Positions 1 through 13,050 of a stretch of DNA of 64,000 bases are shown here, piece by piece. Made by a program: the position numbers and the translations under genes. This stretch comes from Harriotta raleighana. Lineage: Eukaryota. Positions within the stretch are counted from its first letter, which is position 1; the number at the start of each line of letters is the position of its first letter. The notes below the pieces were generated by a model that had not been told where the DNA came from, did no database searches, and worked only from the letters and a program-made list of their open reading frames with translations. Where the stretch lies: positions 6,168,543 to 6,232,542 of the forward strand of contig JBNZDD010013730.1 of NCBI GenBank assembly GCA_050575255.1, in the 5' to 3' direction.

Positions 1-344
1 GTCTAATGGGAGGTAACTGAAGCGAAAATCAATTGTTTATCCAAATGCAGCCAACAATTCACAGCACTCGTGTTTTAAATCCAAATTAATTTTTCAAGTT
101 GGTGATCACAATTTTATATTGACTTTGATGAAGAAATAAGAATGGCTTATCGTCCTGCAGTTAAGAAATTAGGAATTTATTTTGCTGAACTTGAAAAGAT
201 TCAAGTGACCACAAGATGATAAGTCTCTATTCATTCTGCTGAATGCAAGCCAATATTATTTGATTAAGTTTGTGTCTGTGCCACCTGATCTCTTTTGCAC
301 ACCCATCCCGTCGTACTGTTTATGCCCACGAACAGTTCATTTAT

Positions 345-447
345 TAAAGGGACGTGTACTGTCACTATAGTATATCCTGTGAAGTGTCTCGAGACACTCT
401 GCACATATGCAAGGCATTATACCAAATGCAATGATTATATTTATTAT
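345..447 (+). mobile_element. SINE 3' tail fragment (Deu/L2-tail family), old
   Basis: tatcctgtgaagtgtctcgagacac...aaggcattataccaaatgcaatgattat matches the 3' end of the full copies in this window. Confidence 0.6.
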
Positions 448-2010
448 AATGCAGATTACAATACAATTTATATAGTTCTTCTCACATTCGGGGGGACATC
501 TCGACATGCTTAACACTGGATTAGAATTGTACTGAGCTGGTTGTGGAAGTCAAAAGGGGTGGTGAATGATGACCGAAGATGCAGGCAAAGATTATCAACT
601 CAAATTGGTTCATATTAGCAAATGACATTGTTTTCCAAATTAATCTTTAGGTACTGTGTTTGAATTCTTAACCAAAGTTCATTGCTCCTAGTTATGCAAA
701 ACTCCTCTTTCTCTCCATTTACCACCGCAACCCGCCCCCAGCCAACACCCACCCCGCTTTCTGTCAGGTTTCTTATAAAAATTTATAAATTTGCGACTGA
801 AAATGTCACGCAGTCACAAATCCATTGCAAATAACATTTGTGACAAAAATAGTAGGCTCGAATGCATTTGAGATGGAGAAAATCTTCAGAAAATCAGTCA
901 TTTAGTCTTTTCTTTTGAGATTGCAGAGGTTTCAATAATAGAAAAAAGGAAATGAGTGCATTTTCTTTGGAAAAGCAGAATCAATTAAACTATCTTTTCA
1001 ACCAAAATGAATCTTTGAGTAATGTGGAATTATTTGGCTTCCATTAAGTACTTCTGTCGAATATATTACCTTTATCTTCTTTTCGCACTTTCAGCTAAAA
1101 ATATACTACATTTCATCTCAACTCACATGTATACATCAAAACATATTGTCTGATCTAAAGTACTGTATATATTGTACCAATTATTGCACATGAACTGTCA
1201 CACTTGATACAAGCAAAGAAAAGGCAAACAGAAAACTGCAACATGCAACTCCAAGTCGATCCAGCAGTTGTTTTTAGTTGCCTTTGGTTCTAAACGTGAA
1301 AGATACTGCTGAGAGCCCATCAGTCTTTGTGAACTTGACAGTACACTGTAAATATAACAGATCACTCTCAAGCAAATGTTGTGCAAGCATGTGAGTGTGT
1401 TCTATATAATACAGGAGTAATTTAGTACAATAATGATTGATTGATTTGAGATGCCAGTTGGACTTTTATCTCTTTGTGGTGCACAGATCAGTCACCCTTG
1501 GTTTTGTTTTGATTCCTCTGTTCATTTTTATCATGAACATGGGCCTATCTTTTGGGATTAGATGAATAATTCCTGGCGTGTTCAAAGAACGTTACTATGA
1601 CTACAAAGAAGCTGTACAATATACATCTCATGCTTGTGTGGAATCTAGTCAATAAGTTTCCATGCACCTCAGGCCCTGCAGTTTGGAGATCTGCTCTCCT
1701 TAAAGTTCATCAAGGAAATACATTAGTTTACTCAACTTTCTATTTTTGGAGGATAACAATTATATTCTAAATGGCACCTTTACTAGTAATTAATGTATTG
1801 AGAAACAAGTTTTAAACCTACTTCACTGGAATAAATTGTTCAATTTCAAAACAAAATTAATATATAACCTTTTTAATTTAAAATTTCCAGTTGTAAAAAT
1901 ATGATTTACCTTCTCAGATATATTTCTGTCCCCACACAATACAAGAACAGAATAAGAAACAGTCCCGGGCAACAATGCCATAGAAAAAAAAATGCTCATT
2001 TGCTTCAGGG

Positions 2011-2156
2011 CTGTGTGTGGGACATTACTGTGTAATATTAGCTGTCACACTCCTGTACAAAATACAGTCACTACTACACTTTACATTATATCCTGTGAAG
2101 TGCTTTAGGATGTTTCCTCAACGTGAAAGTACTACATCAAATGCAAGGATTATTAT
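2011..2156 (+). mobile_element. SINE 3' half (Deu/L2-tail family)
   Basis: gtgggacattactgtg...cctgtgaagtgctttaggatg...gtgaaagtactacatcaaatgcaaggattattat, matching other copies. Confidence 0.75.
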
Positions 2157-2625
2157 CAGTAATTATTCAGAGTTTCAGTCTTAATAAAAAATAATTTGGG
2201 TGCTACAGCATCTTAACTAGTGCATACTTCATAAAGTAACTGTAGATATCCTCTGACGTGAAAGGAGCTGTACAATGTAATTTATTGCTGTAGACACATA
2301 TTCTTACTCACAGTTTCCAGCGACACTGCACAAGGGACAAAGTTATTTGTATTCTCAGGAATTCAAGAGTAAATTCACACAAAGGTCAACGATGAGAAAT
2401 GCAATGCAAAACCTGGATTTGCAGGAAATCCCACCCTGGTTTGAAAGGGTTAAACATATTGTGAAGGAACATCTGGTTTCTTTGCTGTGAACTTGTTTTC
2501 TTTCGAAAATGATGTATATACCTTCACAGCATAGTCATGCTTCCTGTGTGGTCCAGCACTTTTTGAAATAAATGCATAATTTTCTCTCTCTCTCCCACTC
2601 CCCACACCCCACACACACACATATA

Positions 2626-2853
2626 CAGGCAGTCCTCAAGTTACGATGCTCCGAGGTACGACAATTCGAAGTTGCGACGCTTAATATCGGTAAAATTACG
2701 TCCGAGTTACATCCAAAGTCTCGAAGTTACGACACTACAACCAATCACTGTATGTTACTGTAAGCATTATAGGGGGGTGACTCGACTTACATACAAATTC
2801 GACTTACACCACATCTTAGGAACCTAACCCTGACGTAACTTGAGAACTTCCTG
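2626..2853. mobile_element. Non-autonomous pogo/Tigger-like (Tc1/mariner superfamily) MITE, 228 bp
   Basis: TIRs CAGGCAGTCCTCAAGTTACG (2626-2645) and CGTAACTTGAGAACTTCCTG (2834-2853) are 18/20 complementary. TA flanks both sides (2624-25, 2854-55). Internal (c)ga(a/c)ttac(g) subrepeats. Confidence 0.88.
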
Positions 2854-4435
2854 TACACATATATTTCATCCATTTTACTTGTCTTTCTCTCCAAATGTTT
2901 GCACTTCATTTGAATTCCAGAACAGAAGTTGTTTTGGCATGAAATCAATATATACGTATTTTGGTCTAATTTTTGCCCTCACAATAATCATAACCACCAA
3001 CAATTCAGATTTGACTCTGATTGCAGAAAAAAATATGTTTATCAACTTTATGTTGTGTGGGGTTTCCTATTACTTGGTTAAAAAAAAATCACAGGAAGTC
3101 AAAATGAGAGGAACAAATAGCATTCAGCCAAAGTAATGGATCTTGAAATGCTGCAATATGTTATGGGAGTTACATTGTTTAAAAATCAATGTCTTTATTT
3201 TACTTATCAAAACAGTCAAATGTGGGGAGTCTGGACCTGATTTCAATCATGCTAGTTGGTGTAAAACCAAATGTATACATTGTGGATCTGAGGAGGTCAC
3301 GATCCACAGGAGATTCAACCAACAGTAGGGGAACTTGTATATTTTTATGATTTTAAAGGCCGGTCAAATGTTAAGGTCCATGGTTCAGGAATTCTCCCAT
3401 TTCCAAGCTGTAAAAATCACCACATTTGTACTGATGGCAACTAACAGAAAGCAATGGCCCCTTGACAATACATTGTATAACTCTTAAAAGGTTGTCTCCC
3501 AAATCTCTGCTGCGGCCAGAAAATAACTTTAATGTTGTTCTCATTCACAAAATAAAACACTTTGTCAACACAATTGGTATTTAACAGCACTTCTTTTTCA
3601 GAGAATTCTTAACATATTATTTTCTGATTGATCACCTATCGCCATCATAACTAGAGATTATCAGTAGCTCATAGTATAATACAGAACAAGCACTTTAGTG
3701 GCTTCCCTGAACACTGTAGGTTTATTGCCCCATTCTGAGTAAAATAATCTGTTAGATACTTCAGGGAGGATCTGATTAACTGGATCTAAAAGCATGACAT
3801 GAAATGTGCAAGTTTTTGAAGCAACACTTGATTGTTTAGAGTCAACAAGGAAACAAACTCTGCCCCTGTTTCCGAAATGTCTGAATAGGTCGTGTTGCAG
3901 AGATGTCTGGAGCCAGGCACAACCAAAGCAGCATCCCTAATTTGAAAATGTTCCCAGGAATAGGAGGATCCCAGAAAGATAATTTCTTGTCAGTGTTTGC
4001 TATTTTGTCCACAGGTAAATTGCATACATATTTACTCGAATAGATGTGCAGATTTATTTGAATAAATACTAATGTCTAAAATCCACCAAATACAAATATA
4101 ATATTATTAAACTACTGGTCATTTTGCAAAGGAAGGCTTTTTTTCTTTTTAGAGCAAGAGAACAAATGTTATTCAAACAGTTCATGAATTATCTAGTTGT
4201 TGAAGTGATTCAAAATATGTTTCTTAATTATTGCAAATACCCATGTGTCCAGCAGGAAATATACAATGGTGTATGACTGTGCAGAAAACAATTTCATGTG
4301 TCATGTGCCCTGCAGAAATGACAAATATCAACAGCAAGACATGAACTGTAACCACTGAGAAAGAAGATGCTGTTGGAGGGCTTGTCTCGGGAAAACAGAT
4401 ATCTTGGTAATTTTCGTAAGGACGACAAAGAAAGG

Positions 4436-4672
4436 CAACAACAACAAAATTACACTTGTATAGCGCCTTTCACGTCAGGAGGATGTCCCAAAGCACTGAA
4501 CAGTCAGGTTGGGACCGAGCAGGNAAAATTACACTTGTATAGCGCCTTTCACATCAGGAGGATGTCCCAAAGCACTGAACAGTCAGGTTGGGACTGAGCA
4601 GGGGTGGGAGGGTCAGGGGTAGGGGGAGGGGGAAGGAAAGTGGGAAGAGTCAGTGGGGAGTCGAAGACTTGA
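4436..4672 (-). mobile_element. L2 LINE 3' end fragment (partly duplicated across N at 4524)
   Basis: (CAA)n tail then aattacacttgtatagcgcctttcacgtcaggaggatgtcccaaagcactgaacagtcagg, the reverse complement of the L2 3' UTR at 44290-44377. Confidence 0.8.
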
Positions 4673-5974
4673 GAGATAACATTTGTCAGGAGTAAAAGCC
4701 TGATTATCCTCTCAGTCAATGTGCATAATAACATTGATGGAAACTGTAGACTGCATCTTACAGTGTACATAACAAGGAACTTAATTTGTCTTAAGAAAGC
4801 AGGGACTAAGAAAAACTCCATTCACCCATCATATCCACTCCTTCCACAGACCACAATATGTCATATCATGGATATCCATTCCACCCAGTTATTTGAAAAG
4901 CTACTTCACAATTCCCAAAGGTAATAATATTGTAATTCTTACATTTAGAATAGCACCGTTCGAGTCTCAAAAGCACTTCACAGGATACACTGTAAAGTAC
5001 AATGACTGTTGGCAAAGGTAAGAAAAAAAACTCCAGAAAATTCTTCCTTCCCTTCAAAGTTACTATTCCATTTAATCCAAGACCCACGTATAATATCAGG
5101 TTAAACAGCATATCCCATATAAAAGTCCATCCTAAAAGCATACAATTATACTGTGCAAGTGCTATGATATTGCTGTTTGGGGAAGTATTGGGGAAAAGTT
5201 CATTTTTTAATATCTACTGAGCATAATTTTTAAATTACTCCTGATGGTATGATAAATATACCTCCCAAGGCTTGTAAAGATAGATTTTTGTTTCAGAGCA
5301 ATATTTTTTGTCACATGTAGAGGATACTGAGGCACTCCAAACACTATGGATACTAAATCCAATGGATGAAAGTAATCAAAGCATTATGAATAGTCAGAAC
5401 ATTTGATAGTATCCAAAGAAATCACTGAATAATTAAATTACTAACCACAAATTATCACCTAGAATTAAAGTTAGAGTATTTTAAGTGTGTACACCCAAGA
5501 ACCCAAGTNTACTAACCACAAATTATCACCTAGAATTAAAGTTAGAGTATTTTAAGTGTATACACCCAAGAGGATAATAATTAGTTGAATGCACAATACA
5601 ATTTACGTTTATCTACTGCCTTTCACACCAGGAGAACAATACATCAATGTACATAACATCCATTCTGAAAGGTAATTAAATATTTTGTTTAATTAATCTA
5701 TAAGGGTGAGCCAGCCCTGAATGTGATACCCAGTTCACTTCTCTATCATTGGAATCTGAGAGTCTAAGTTCTGCAGTAAACATCTCAAATAAATATATTG
5801 GGCCACGCTTGTGAACAGTTTTGTCGCTACATGAAGTAACCACTCTGGAATAAAACCTACAACCAAGGAAAGCTTTGTACAGTATTACATCAGGGATCAA
5901 TGTTACATTGCTCTCAGCAATATAGAGAGTATATGGCACAATCATCCCTGATGTACAGATGTGAATGCTGCACT

Positions 5975-6350
5975 TTTATAAAGGAGGATGGAAGAAGAAT
6001 CTTGCAATGCCAGCATATATTTCAGAGAGAAAAACTGGGAGTTGTCAAACTACACTATGGTAGACAGATTGGTCCTCAAACAACTGTTGCACAGAAGGTA
6101 GTTGAGAGAAAATTAAAATGGTTCAGACATATGATTTGGATGGGCTCAGACACGACCCAGTTGGCAACACTATGCTATGTGATCAGAAAATGAAGTAGAC
6201 TGAGGCATAAAAGATATTTGATAGATTGCGCACAGAAGGAAATGCGAGCAAGGGGAAATCATTTGGCAACTGGAACAGTGCTGGCAAGGAAATGCGAGGA
6301 TTGGCAACTCTTCACCCAGTCTCATCATCTTTCATGATGATGAAAAACAG
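5975..6350 (+). mobile_element. Degenerate RTE-clade LINE C-terminal fragment
   Basis: Translates to TTVAQKVVERKLKWFRHMIWM...RK*SRLRHKRYLIDC, resembling the RTE motifs RRLRWFGHVxRM and GKRxRGRPxxRWxD. Confidence 0.55.
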
Positions 6351-6489
6351 CAAAAGAAGGAATGAGAGAGAATAACCCGTTTTAAAATTATTCAGCGACT
6401 AGATGAAGAACAAATAATATTAGAACTTTATTTTGCATTGTTGGTGATTTGGGCAGGCTACTGAATGTTGTGGTTGTTTCAAGGCTTTC

Positions 6490-7030
6490 ATGAACTGACT
6501 TGAAGCCGTCTGTCAAGTGGAATTTTGAAAATGTTTCCATCACTTGTCAGGAGGCGGGAATTGTTCCAGTCGTGAGGTTTATGGAGAAGATCGGTATCTG
6601 CCTGACCAGAAATTAAGATTAGGTTTATTTTCGGCTGAATGTATTACGGGTGAATGTCAATGTATGGTAAAGGAATCAGTGCAAAAGTGAACATTGGCAG
6701 TTGATGTTTTAATTACTAATCTCTTTCAGGATGTGGAACATTATCTCCGAACGATTTGGAAACCTGCAGATATCGCACCAGAGTGATGAGCAGATTGAAT
6801 GGAGAGCCAGTCTGCTTTGCCAACCGCCTCCAGCCAATATACATAATACTCAACAATAGATCATGATGCCACTGTGCGTCTTGATATATCCAGATTGCCA
6901 ATGGCTCTGATATATTTCACTGCCTCATAAAGTAAGCAAGAGGCTCCTCCGGTGTGCTTTGGCTCTGCAGTGAGACTGTTGGCAGCCTGTACTAGTCAAC
7001 TGTGTCTGACAAAGTGTCATAGTCGACCCT
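6490..7030 (-). mobile_element. Ancient non-LTR retrotransposon 3' ORF remnant (CR1 group)
   Basis: The minus strand has cttctccataaacctcacgactggaacaattcccgcc, reminiscent of the FFPxTxxDWNxLP motif. Heavily frameshifted. Confidence 0.35.
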
Positions 7031-7944
7031 CTGACTTGTATGTTGTAATTCAAAGATGGAGTTACTAAAGATTAGTAAGAAGAACTTACACTCTGTCAAC
7101 TCCTCACTGGCACGGGGACAGCACTGGCACATTTGCAGCCCTTAGATTCTCTACCTTGGAGATGGTAGCTACCTTATCAGATTCACAGCTGTCCTTTGAA
7201 CCACTGGAGATAGTGGACATGGAAATCCCTTCCATGAAGTCATGCGAGAATCAACTTAATACTGGATTTTGGACTGTGTATGAAATAGATACAGTATTTT
7301 AATAAAATGACCGCATATTCGCCGCAGAAGACAAAGTGTCACAAAGTAACTCATTATTACTGCAGATGGATAAAAAAAACAATTGTGGACACAAGATAGG
7401 ATGCTTAATCTGAAGATTTTTTTTTTAAAAACTTCATGGAACAAGTTTATTGGAGAAGTTATTTTGAGCATTGCTAAGCTGATATTATTTACAGTATATG
7501 CTTATTACAGTACTAACTTTCTCAGCTGTCCCCTGCACACTTCCACCTTTCTCGGAACAAGAGACGCTAAGGCTTTTGTGAATGTCATTTTTAAATAGGC
7601 TGCTAGCTACACAAGGGCAGTCTGACTTAATTCACCAGCTATTTTTTTTCCCCCCTTCATCCCGATGGGGAAGCTCCCAGTCTCTGCTTGATACTTGGCA
7701 CACCATGTGGGAAATCGCAGCATGAATCTACATCCTACTATTGTGTGGCACAGCTTGTTGAAACACGGTTACATCGTTTTGACTCTGTACTAATTAAAGT
7801 GCTATGTACAAATTTATAGTCACATTGAAACTGTAATTGTAGACTTCATTTGTAAATCAGTATCATGTCTGTAGAGATTGTCATTCGATTTTAATTAAGC
7901 CCAGACTAATATTTTTTTGAATAGATTTGGCACTTTTCCCCCAA

Positions 7945-8350
7945 AGCCGGAGACCAGTGCTTGGGCTACTGTTCCATAGCCAATAGCATCTCCTGACCCA
8001 ACATGCTAGTTCTTCATATGGGATTCTGCCAGTAGTAAAAACTGGGCAGCTATTCAACCAAGGAGATCATAACAGCCAAGGTTACCGTACTAACTTCATA
8101 TACATGTAGTTAAATAATAATAACCCTTGCTTTAATGCAGCTCCTTACCTTGAAATGTCTCAATGCAAGATTTTTTTTTAACTGTGAAGTATAGTGACTG
8201 TATATTTTATTGGTGAACTTTGCAATAGAAATCACTTGATAGCAATCAAAAGCAGGAATTTAGCTCATTTCCTCCTCTCACCCAAAAGCGAGTGCACCAA
8301 TTATAGCATCCCAATTACTGCTCCATCTGAGTTCAGCTAACTTAACACAT
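7945..8350 (-). mobile_element. AmnSINE2-like ancient SINE remnant, interrupted by a SINE tail (~8112-8230)
   Basis: gatagcaatcaaaagcaggaatttagctcattt...ccaattatagc...tgagttcagctaacttaacaca is reverse-complement similar to 10558-10712 and 52650-52945. Family name is from a recalled consensus. Confidence 0.5.
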
Positions 8351-8863
8351 GCTCCAACCTTCTCTGCAAGAGAATCCTCCAGATTGTGTCTTAATCCACA
8401 TGGCTGTTAGGAAAGCAGCCATATGTGGAAAAAGTCACACTTTATATGTCAAATTGTTTCCAGATTTGATTCAGAAGCAATCCCACTATTTATTTCAGTA
8501 GGCGCAATCACTTATGAACGCTAAGTATAAAGCTCAGGGAAGTGATAAATTTGGATTATAAAAAGCATCAGTTTCTCACAATTGAATTGAATTTACAATT
8601 CACTGTCACAGTAGGTAGTTGTATTTCAGTCTTGTATCGTTTACGTTAGGACAATTTCAAAAGTAGTTACAGTAAAGCTCAGAGACCATCTGGTAATTCT
8701 TTGAAATTCCTTCTGTGATCTCAGTTTGGCGATTAGAAGAATGCAAATATACAAGCTGTTGGCAGTCTATTTCAAAAGCAACAATTTCAGATCAGACCCC
8801 AAAGTACCTGGATTTCCGGTTCTGCTTTGAGATAGTTTATTCAAGATATCTAGTTTAGTTTAT

Positions 8864-9330
8864 TCAGGATTGAGGAACTTCACCTATGAGGAAAGGCTAG
8901 ATAGGCTAGGGTTATTCTCTCTAGAACAGAGAAGATTGAGGGGAGACCTAATAGAGGTTTATAAGATCATGAGGGGTTTCGACAGGGCAAATAGAGAAAA
9001 ACTATTTCCACTCGTGGGCGAATCTGTGACTCGTGGTCACAGATTTAAAATAGTTTCAAAGCGAAGTAGAGGGGAGCTGAGGAGAAATTTTTTCACTCAG
9101 CGAGTTGTTCGAATCTGGAATGCATTGCCTGAAAAGGTGGTGGAGGCTGATTCGATAACAACTTTTAAAAGGGAATTAGATCTTTATTTAGGGAGAACAG
9201 GTCTATTAGGCTATGGGGAGCGAGCAGGGCAGTGGGATTAAATCGCTCTTTTCAAAGAGCCGGCACAGACTAGATGGGCCGAATGGCCTCCTTTTGTGCC
9301 GTAAACTTCTATGATTCTATGATTCTATAT
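8864..9330 (+). mobile_element. CR1 LINE, 5'-truncated: intact ORF2 C-terminus, 3'UTR and tail
   Basis: YEERLDRLGLFSLEQRRLRGDLIEVYKIM...TRGH...FFTQRVVRIWNALP...FKRELD is the canonical CR1 ORF2 end, with stop at 9241. 3'UTR gatgggccgaatggcctcc, then an (ATTCTATG)n tail at about 9307-9328. Confidence 0.96.
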
Positions 9331-9771
9331 AGCTATCCTTTTATTTAATCAAATTTATATTTCAGTATGAATTGCAAGATTGCTATTTGCTAGGTTTTAC
9401 GTTCGGACAACCAGAACACATTTCATTACTTGGGCATGTTTTACATGTCAGAACCGTAAATTCATGAAAATTTAATGGCGTTTGCTTTGTGCCTAGCTTG
9501 AATCTTCACTCGAGTAATTGAAAAATATTTATTTAAATTCAGAGCTGTCCCTTGGGTCAAACCCTGAAATATTTTAATTGACTTCATAAAAATAATTTGT
9601 TCTCATAATAATGAAATTAACAAAAAATGTATACAATTTTGTACAAACGAAAATCTATAAATTCGGCATCACCAGATTTAGCTTTCCACTTGGTTTCAGT
9701 TTGCTTCTCACTGTGACAAACACAGCATAAACTAGACACACGTCGGCTGGAAGCTGACTGACTCACACCAC

Positions 9772-9803
9772 GACAAACAAGGCCTCACTGACAAACAAGG
9801 CCT
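9772..9803. repeat. Short direct repeat gacaaacaaggcct x2
   Basis: cgacaaacaaggcctcactgacaaacaaggcctt, seen directly. Confidence 0.75.
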
Positions 9804-10557
9804 TATATATTAACAACGACTTATTTCTGTGGCTCCATACCTCTTCTCACTGCAACAAGTAAAAGTCCTCAGTCAGTCCATTTAGTCTATAACTATAGTT
9901 TCATGCTGTTCAGAGTCGAGATATCAGAACCAGCTCAAACAGTAAAGTGGCAGGTGAAATAATTTCTGGGATAAAGGATTAGCAAAGTGAACAAAACAAA
10001 ATTCTTTTTTCACAGTTGTATCATCAACCCTGTTAAGTAGTGATTTAAAGGCCACAGGTTGAAAAACAAGTTTCTACTCACTTTTATATCTTGAACTGCA
10101 CAAAAAGAATAGCAGCTTCTTTTCTTAGTAACTTCACTAAATACTGAGTCCAATAAACAAAGTCTAAAATACAACTAACTGCACAGAACGAAACCCTGAA
10201 GAGCATAGTAATTGCTCTCTCTTCAGAAGCACACTACCTCTTCACTTGATCAGCTAAAATCTCTCTGCAACATTCCAGCCAATTAGTTATGCAGCTGCTT
10301 AATAAGACAGAACAATTAGTTCAGGAACAGAACACTAGCAATTAACTAGTCAGAATAGAGTTTTTACCCTTACTTTTAAATTTATACTTGTGTGGTAACT
10401 CTGCACGAGACTCGCCATGATTTACTGGAGTTCAAAATCTTTTCAGCAAATGGTCATCTGTTTATCTTACAAAATATACCCTACCATCAAGACTTCTACA
10501 TTCTTTGAAGGGTACAAACAATCTCAAACTAAATCGCGCCTCCTCCTCTTCCCACTA

Positions 10558-10712
10558 CTTGGGAAAGAAAAGCAACCTGGGTTCCTGTTTCCTGATCACG
10601 TTCAATGACTTCTGCTGGAAACTGCTTGCATGTCAACTTGGGCGAGGACAGGATTAAACAGTTTTATCAATACAAAACAGCGTTGTGACACCTGCCAACA
10701 CTCACATCTCAG
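10558..10712 (+). mobile_element. AmnSINE2-like remnant
   Basis: gggaaagaaaagcaacctgggttcctgtttcctgatcac...tgacttctgctggaaa...ggcgaggacaggatt...cctgccaacactcac. Similar copies at 51770 and 52650. Confidence 0.55.
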
Positions 10713-10993
10713 TCTGTTGAGTCAGAATGGGACAGGTTGCATTACTGTGACTGATGAAATTATAACATTCATCACCTATACTTATAGAAAGCAATTGGAA
10801 CAATTAATCTGCAACAAATCTGGCCCATCTGTGAGAGATTGTGATCCGTGTGGCAGACTCAATGCCACACATCAGAACAAACACCAAATTAGTGCTGTAA
10901 AATGAATTTTTTTTAATTTAGATTTAATTTGAGTTATGCCATTACAGATTTATTGGTTCCTGTATCACTTAATTCACTGATCATATAGCAAAT

Positions 10994-11101
10994 GGGTGTA
11001 AAATTTAGATTTATACATCCAGTCAAACAACCAGGAAGGACCCAAACTCCTGCCAGATTAACCAGATACAGACAGGATATAGATATCTAGACATTATTCT
11101 C
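10994..11101. mobile_element. Short degenerate palindromic MITE-like element
   Basis: gggtgtaaaatttagatttatacatcc ... ggatatagatatctagacattattctc forms an imperfect inverted repeat. Its terminus resembles the one at 57537. Confidence 0.3.
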
Positions 11102-12904
11102 TATGATCCCTTTCACAGTTTATAGGTTTGTCTGCAAAAGAATCTCTCATCAACAGTTTCTATCCATAACAGCATATGATTTGTACTGTTGACATCTTGA
11201 TTGAAATCTGCATAGAACACGCTTTGCAATTTAGTGTGCCAATCTGCTATTTTCCAATCTAATCAACGAAATAGACATATCACGGTTTATATGTAATAAA
11301 TAATTATTCTTGAAAGGTATTGCTTCTCCTCTCCCTCCTACGTGTTAACATGTGTTAAGTTTCATCAGTTTGCCTCGGCATAAAGGGCCCAATATTTAAC
11401 ATGTTCACAAGTTTACAGTATGTTTTGAAGATTTTTTTTATATGTAATTTGTATTGCTTGAGAAATCAACTACACATTCTCTGCCACAAAGCATTTACAG
11501 AATTTATGTTTGTGCATTTCTCTGAAATAAATCAATGATACCTGTAACTGCTAGTTCTCGCTCCTCTTTAAGTAAGAGTTTACCCAGTATTCTCCACTGG
11601 AATAATAGCTGCCAGGCACGTTTATTTAAGGAAGTTGCAAGTGAGGAGAAAGTACAGCACTTGGAGGTCAGGATATAATTTTTTGGGGAGAATATATAGA
11701 CTTTGAATTAGTCATCTTGTTAAATGGATGAGTGGATATTGGGAGTATCCTTGCAAGGGGCCACACATTACATCTGATGATCAAACTATTGTGTCATGAT
11801 TTTCCATGCCTCTGGCATCTTTCAAAGGTGGTTTATTAGCTATGTGCACATCTGTGTACTTGTGTAGAAATAATGTTAAGTTTTTGCTGCCTTGAGAACA
11901 ATTAATTCATAATTCATCAAATTTATACGAGACGCACAGTCCTTCACAAAAGAAAACAAGGATGAGGAACCCAAACCAGAGACTGTTGCCTTTCCAGATC
12001 GGGAAGAAGTAACAAAGCAACATTTGAACAAATATCATAAAACAATTGCTCAGTGAGACAGATTCTGGCAGTATACCCAGATTCATTTTATTGGAGGTTT
12101 TTTTTTCCTTCTTTTTATAGATGCGAGCTTTTGGTCTGTCTGTTTTAAATAGGATCCATTTTGTTCTGTGGTGAGAGCACAAAGGTGGACATCACCATGT
12201 GAAGAATGGTCACTCCATCAGCCTAAGGTGGAGATGTTGGGGTGAATTTTAGATTTAGCAGAAGAACTCAGTAACAGTAGGGCAAAGAAATGGTCAGTGA
12301 GTGTCCAGATGTTTGAGATAGTTAAATGCCCTCCTCAATCAACCTGTTCTAGGTTCTTTACTACTCTCCAGAGGGAAGCTGTCATGCAGTCACAGCTGTT
12401 TGGGCTGGCCACGGATGTTCCATCCTCTAGAGATCTGGCTAGTATTATGCATCATGAAAAGCCTGAATCCTAAGAAACCAAACCATGTGCCACAGCCTCT
12501 GGGAATAACATTTTCACTTTATCTGTTGGCAAGCTTACATATTTTTCAGGTTCATGCAAAATGTTCGTGATATTGACCCTTGCAAAAGAGAAGAAAAGCA
12601 TAACTAGTTGCATTCTCTGCCGCCAAGAACTGCAGACCAGATGAAGTTAATTGAAACAACCGGGCAGGAAAGAGGGGAGGGAAAAAGGGCATACTGAACA
12701 TAGCTGGAAAGACAAAGTGAGAATATATTTGAGAAGCGCAATTGCATTTGCCCAAAGTAGCACTGAAAATTCCCAAGGAAACTTGGTAACAAGAGAATGG
12801 ATATATTTCTCCCAAGAGAATGAATAATAGTTAATACCAAAGGTAAATAAATTTGCCTGGCTGCAAAATGCCAAATGAATAGCTGATTGGGAAACTTTAT
12901 CTAG

Positions 12905-13050
12905 CAACATTGCCTTGCATAAATTGGCTGCCACGTTCTTCCACAAAATACACAGTCACATCATTTTACCCAGTGTATGCAGTGAAGCACTTTGAGATAC
13001 TGTATCATGATGAAGTGTACTTCGCTATATAAATCCACGGATTGTTATAA
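12905..13050 (+). mobile_element. SINE 3' half (Deu/L2-tail family)
   Basis: gcataaattggctgccacgttcttccacaaaatacacagtc...gtgaagcactttgaga...cgctatataaat. Confidence 0.7.

Noticed and set aside
8870-9241. 123-aa ORF as a host gene
   Set aside because: It is the C-terminus of CR1 ORF2 in a 5'-truncated insertion, starts at TTG and ends in a CR1 tail.
9712-10400. Possible solo LTR beginning TGTGACA
   Set aside because: I could not find a matching ...CA end, target-site duplication or second copy.
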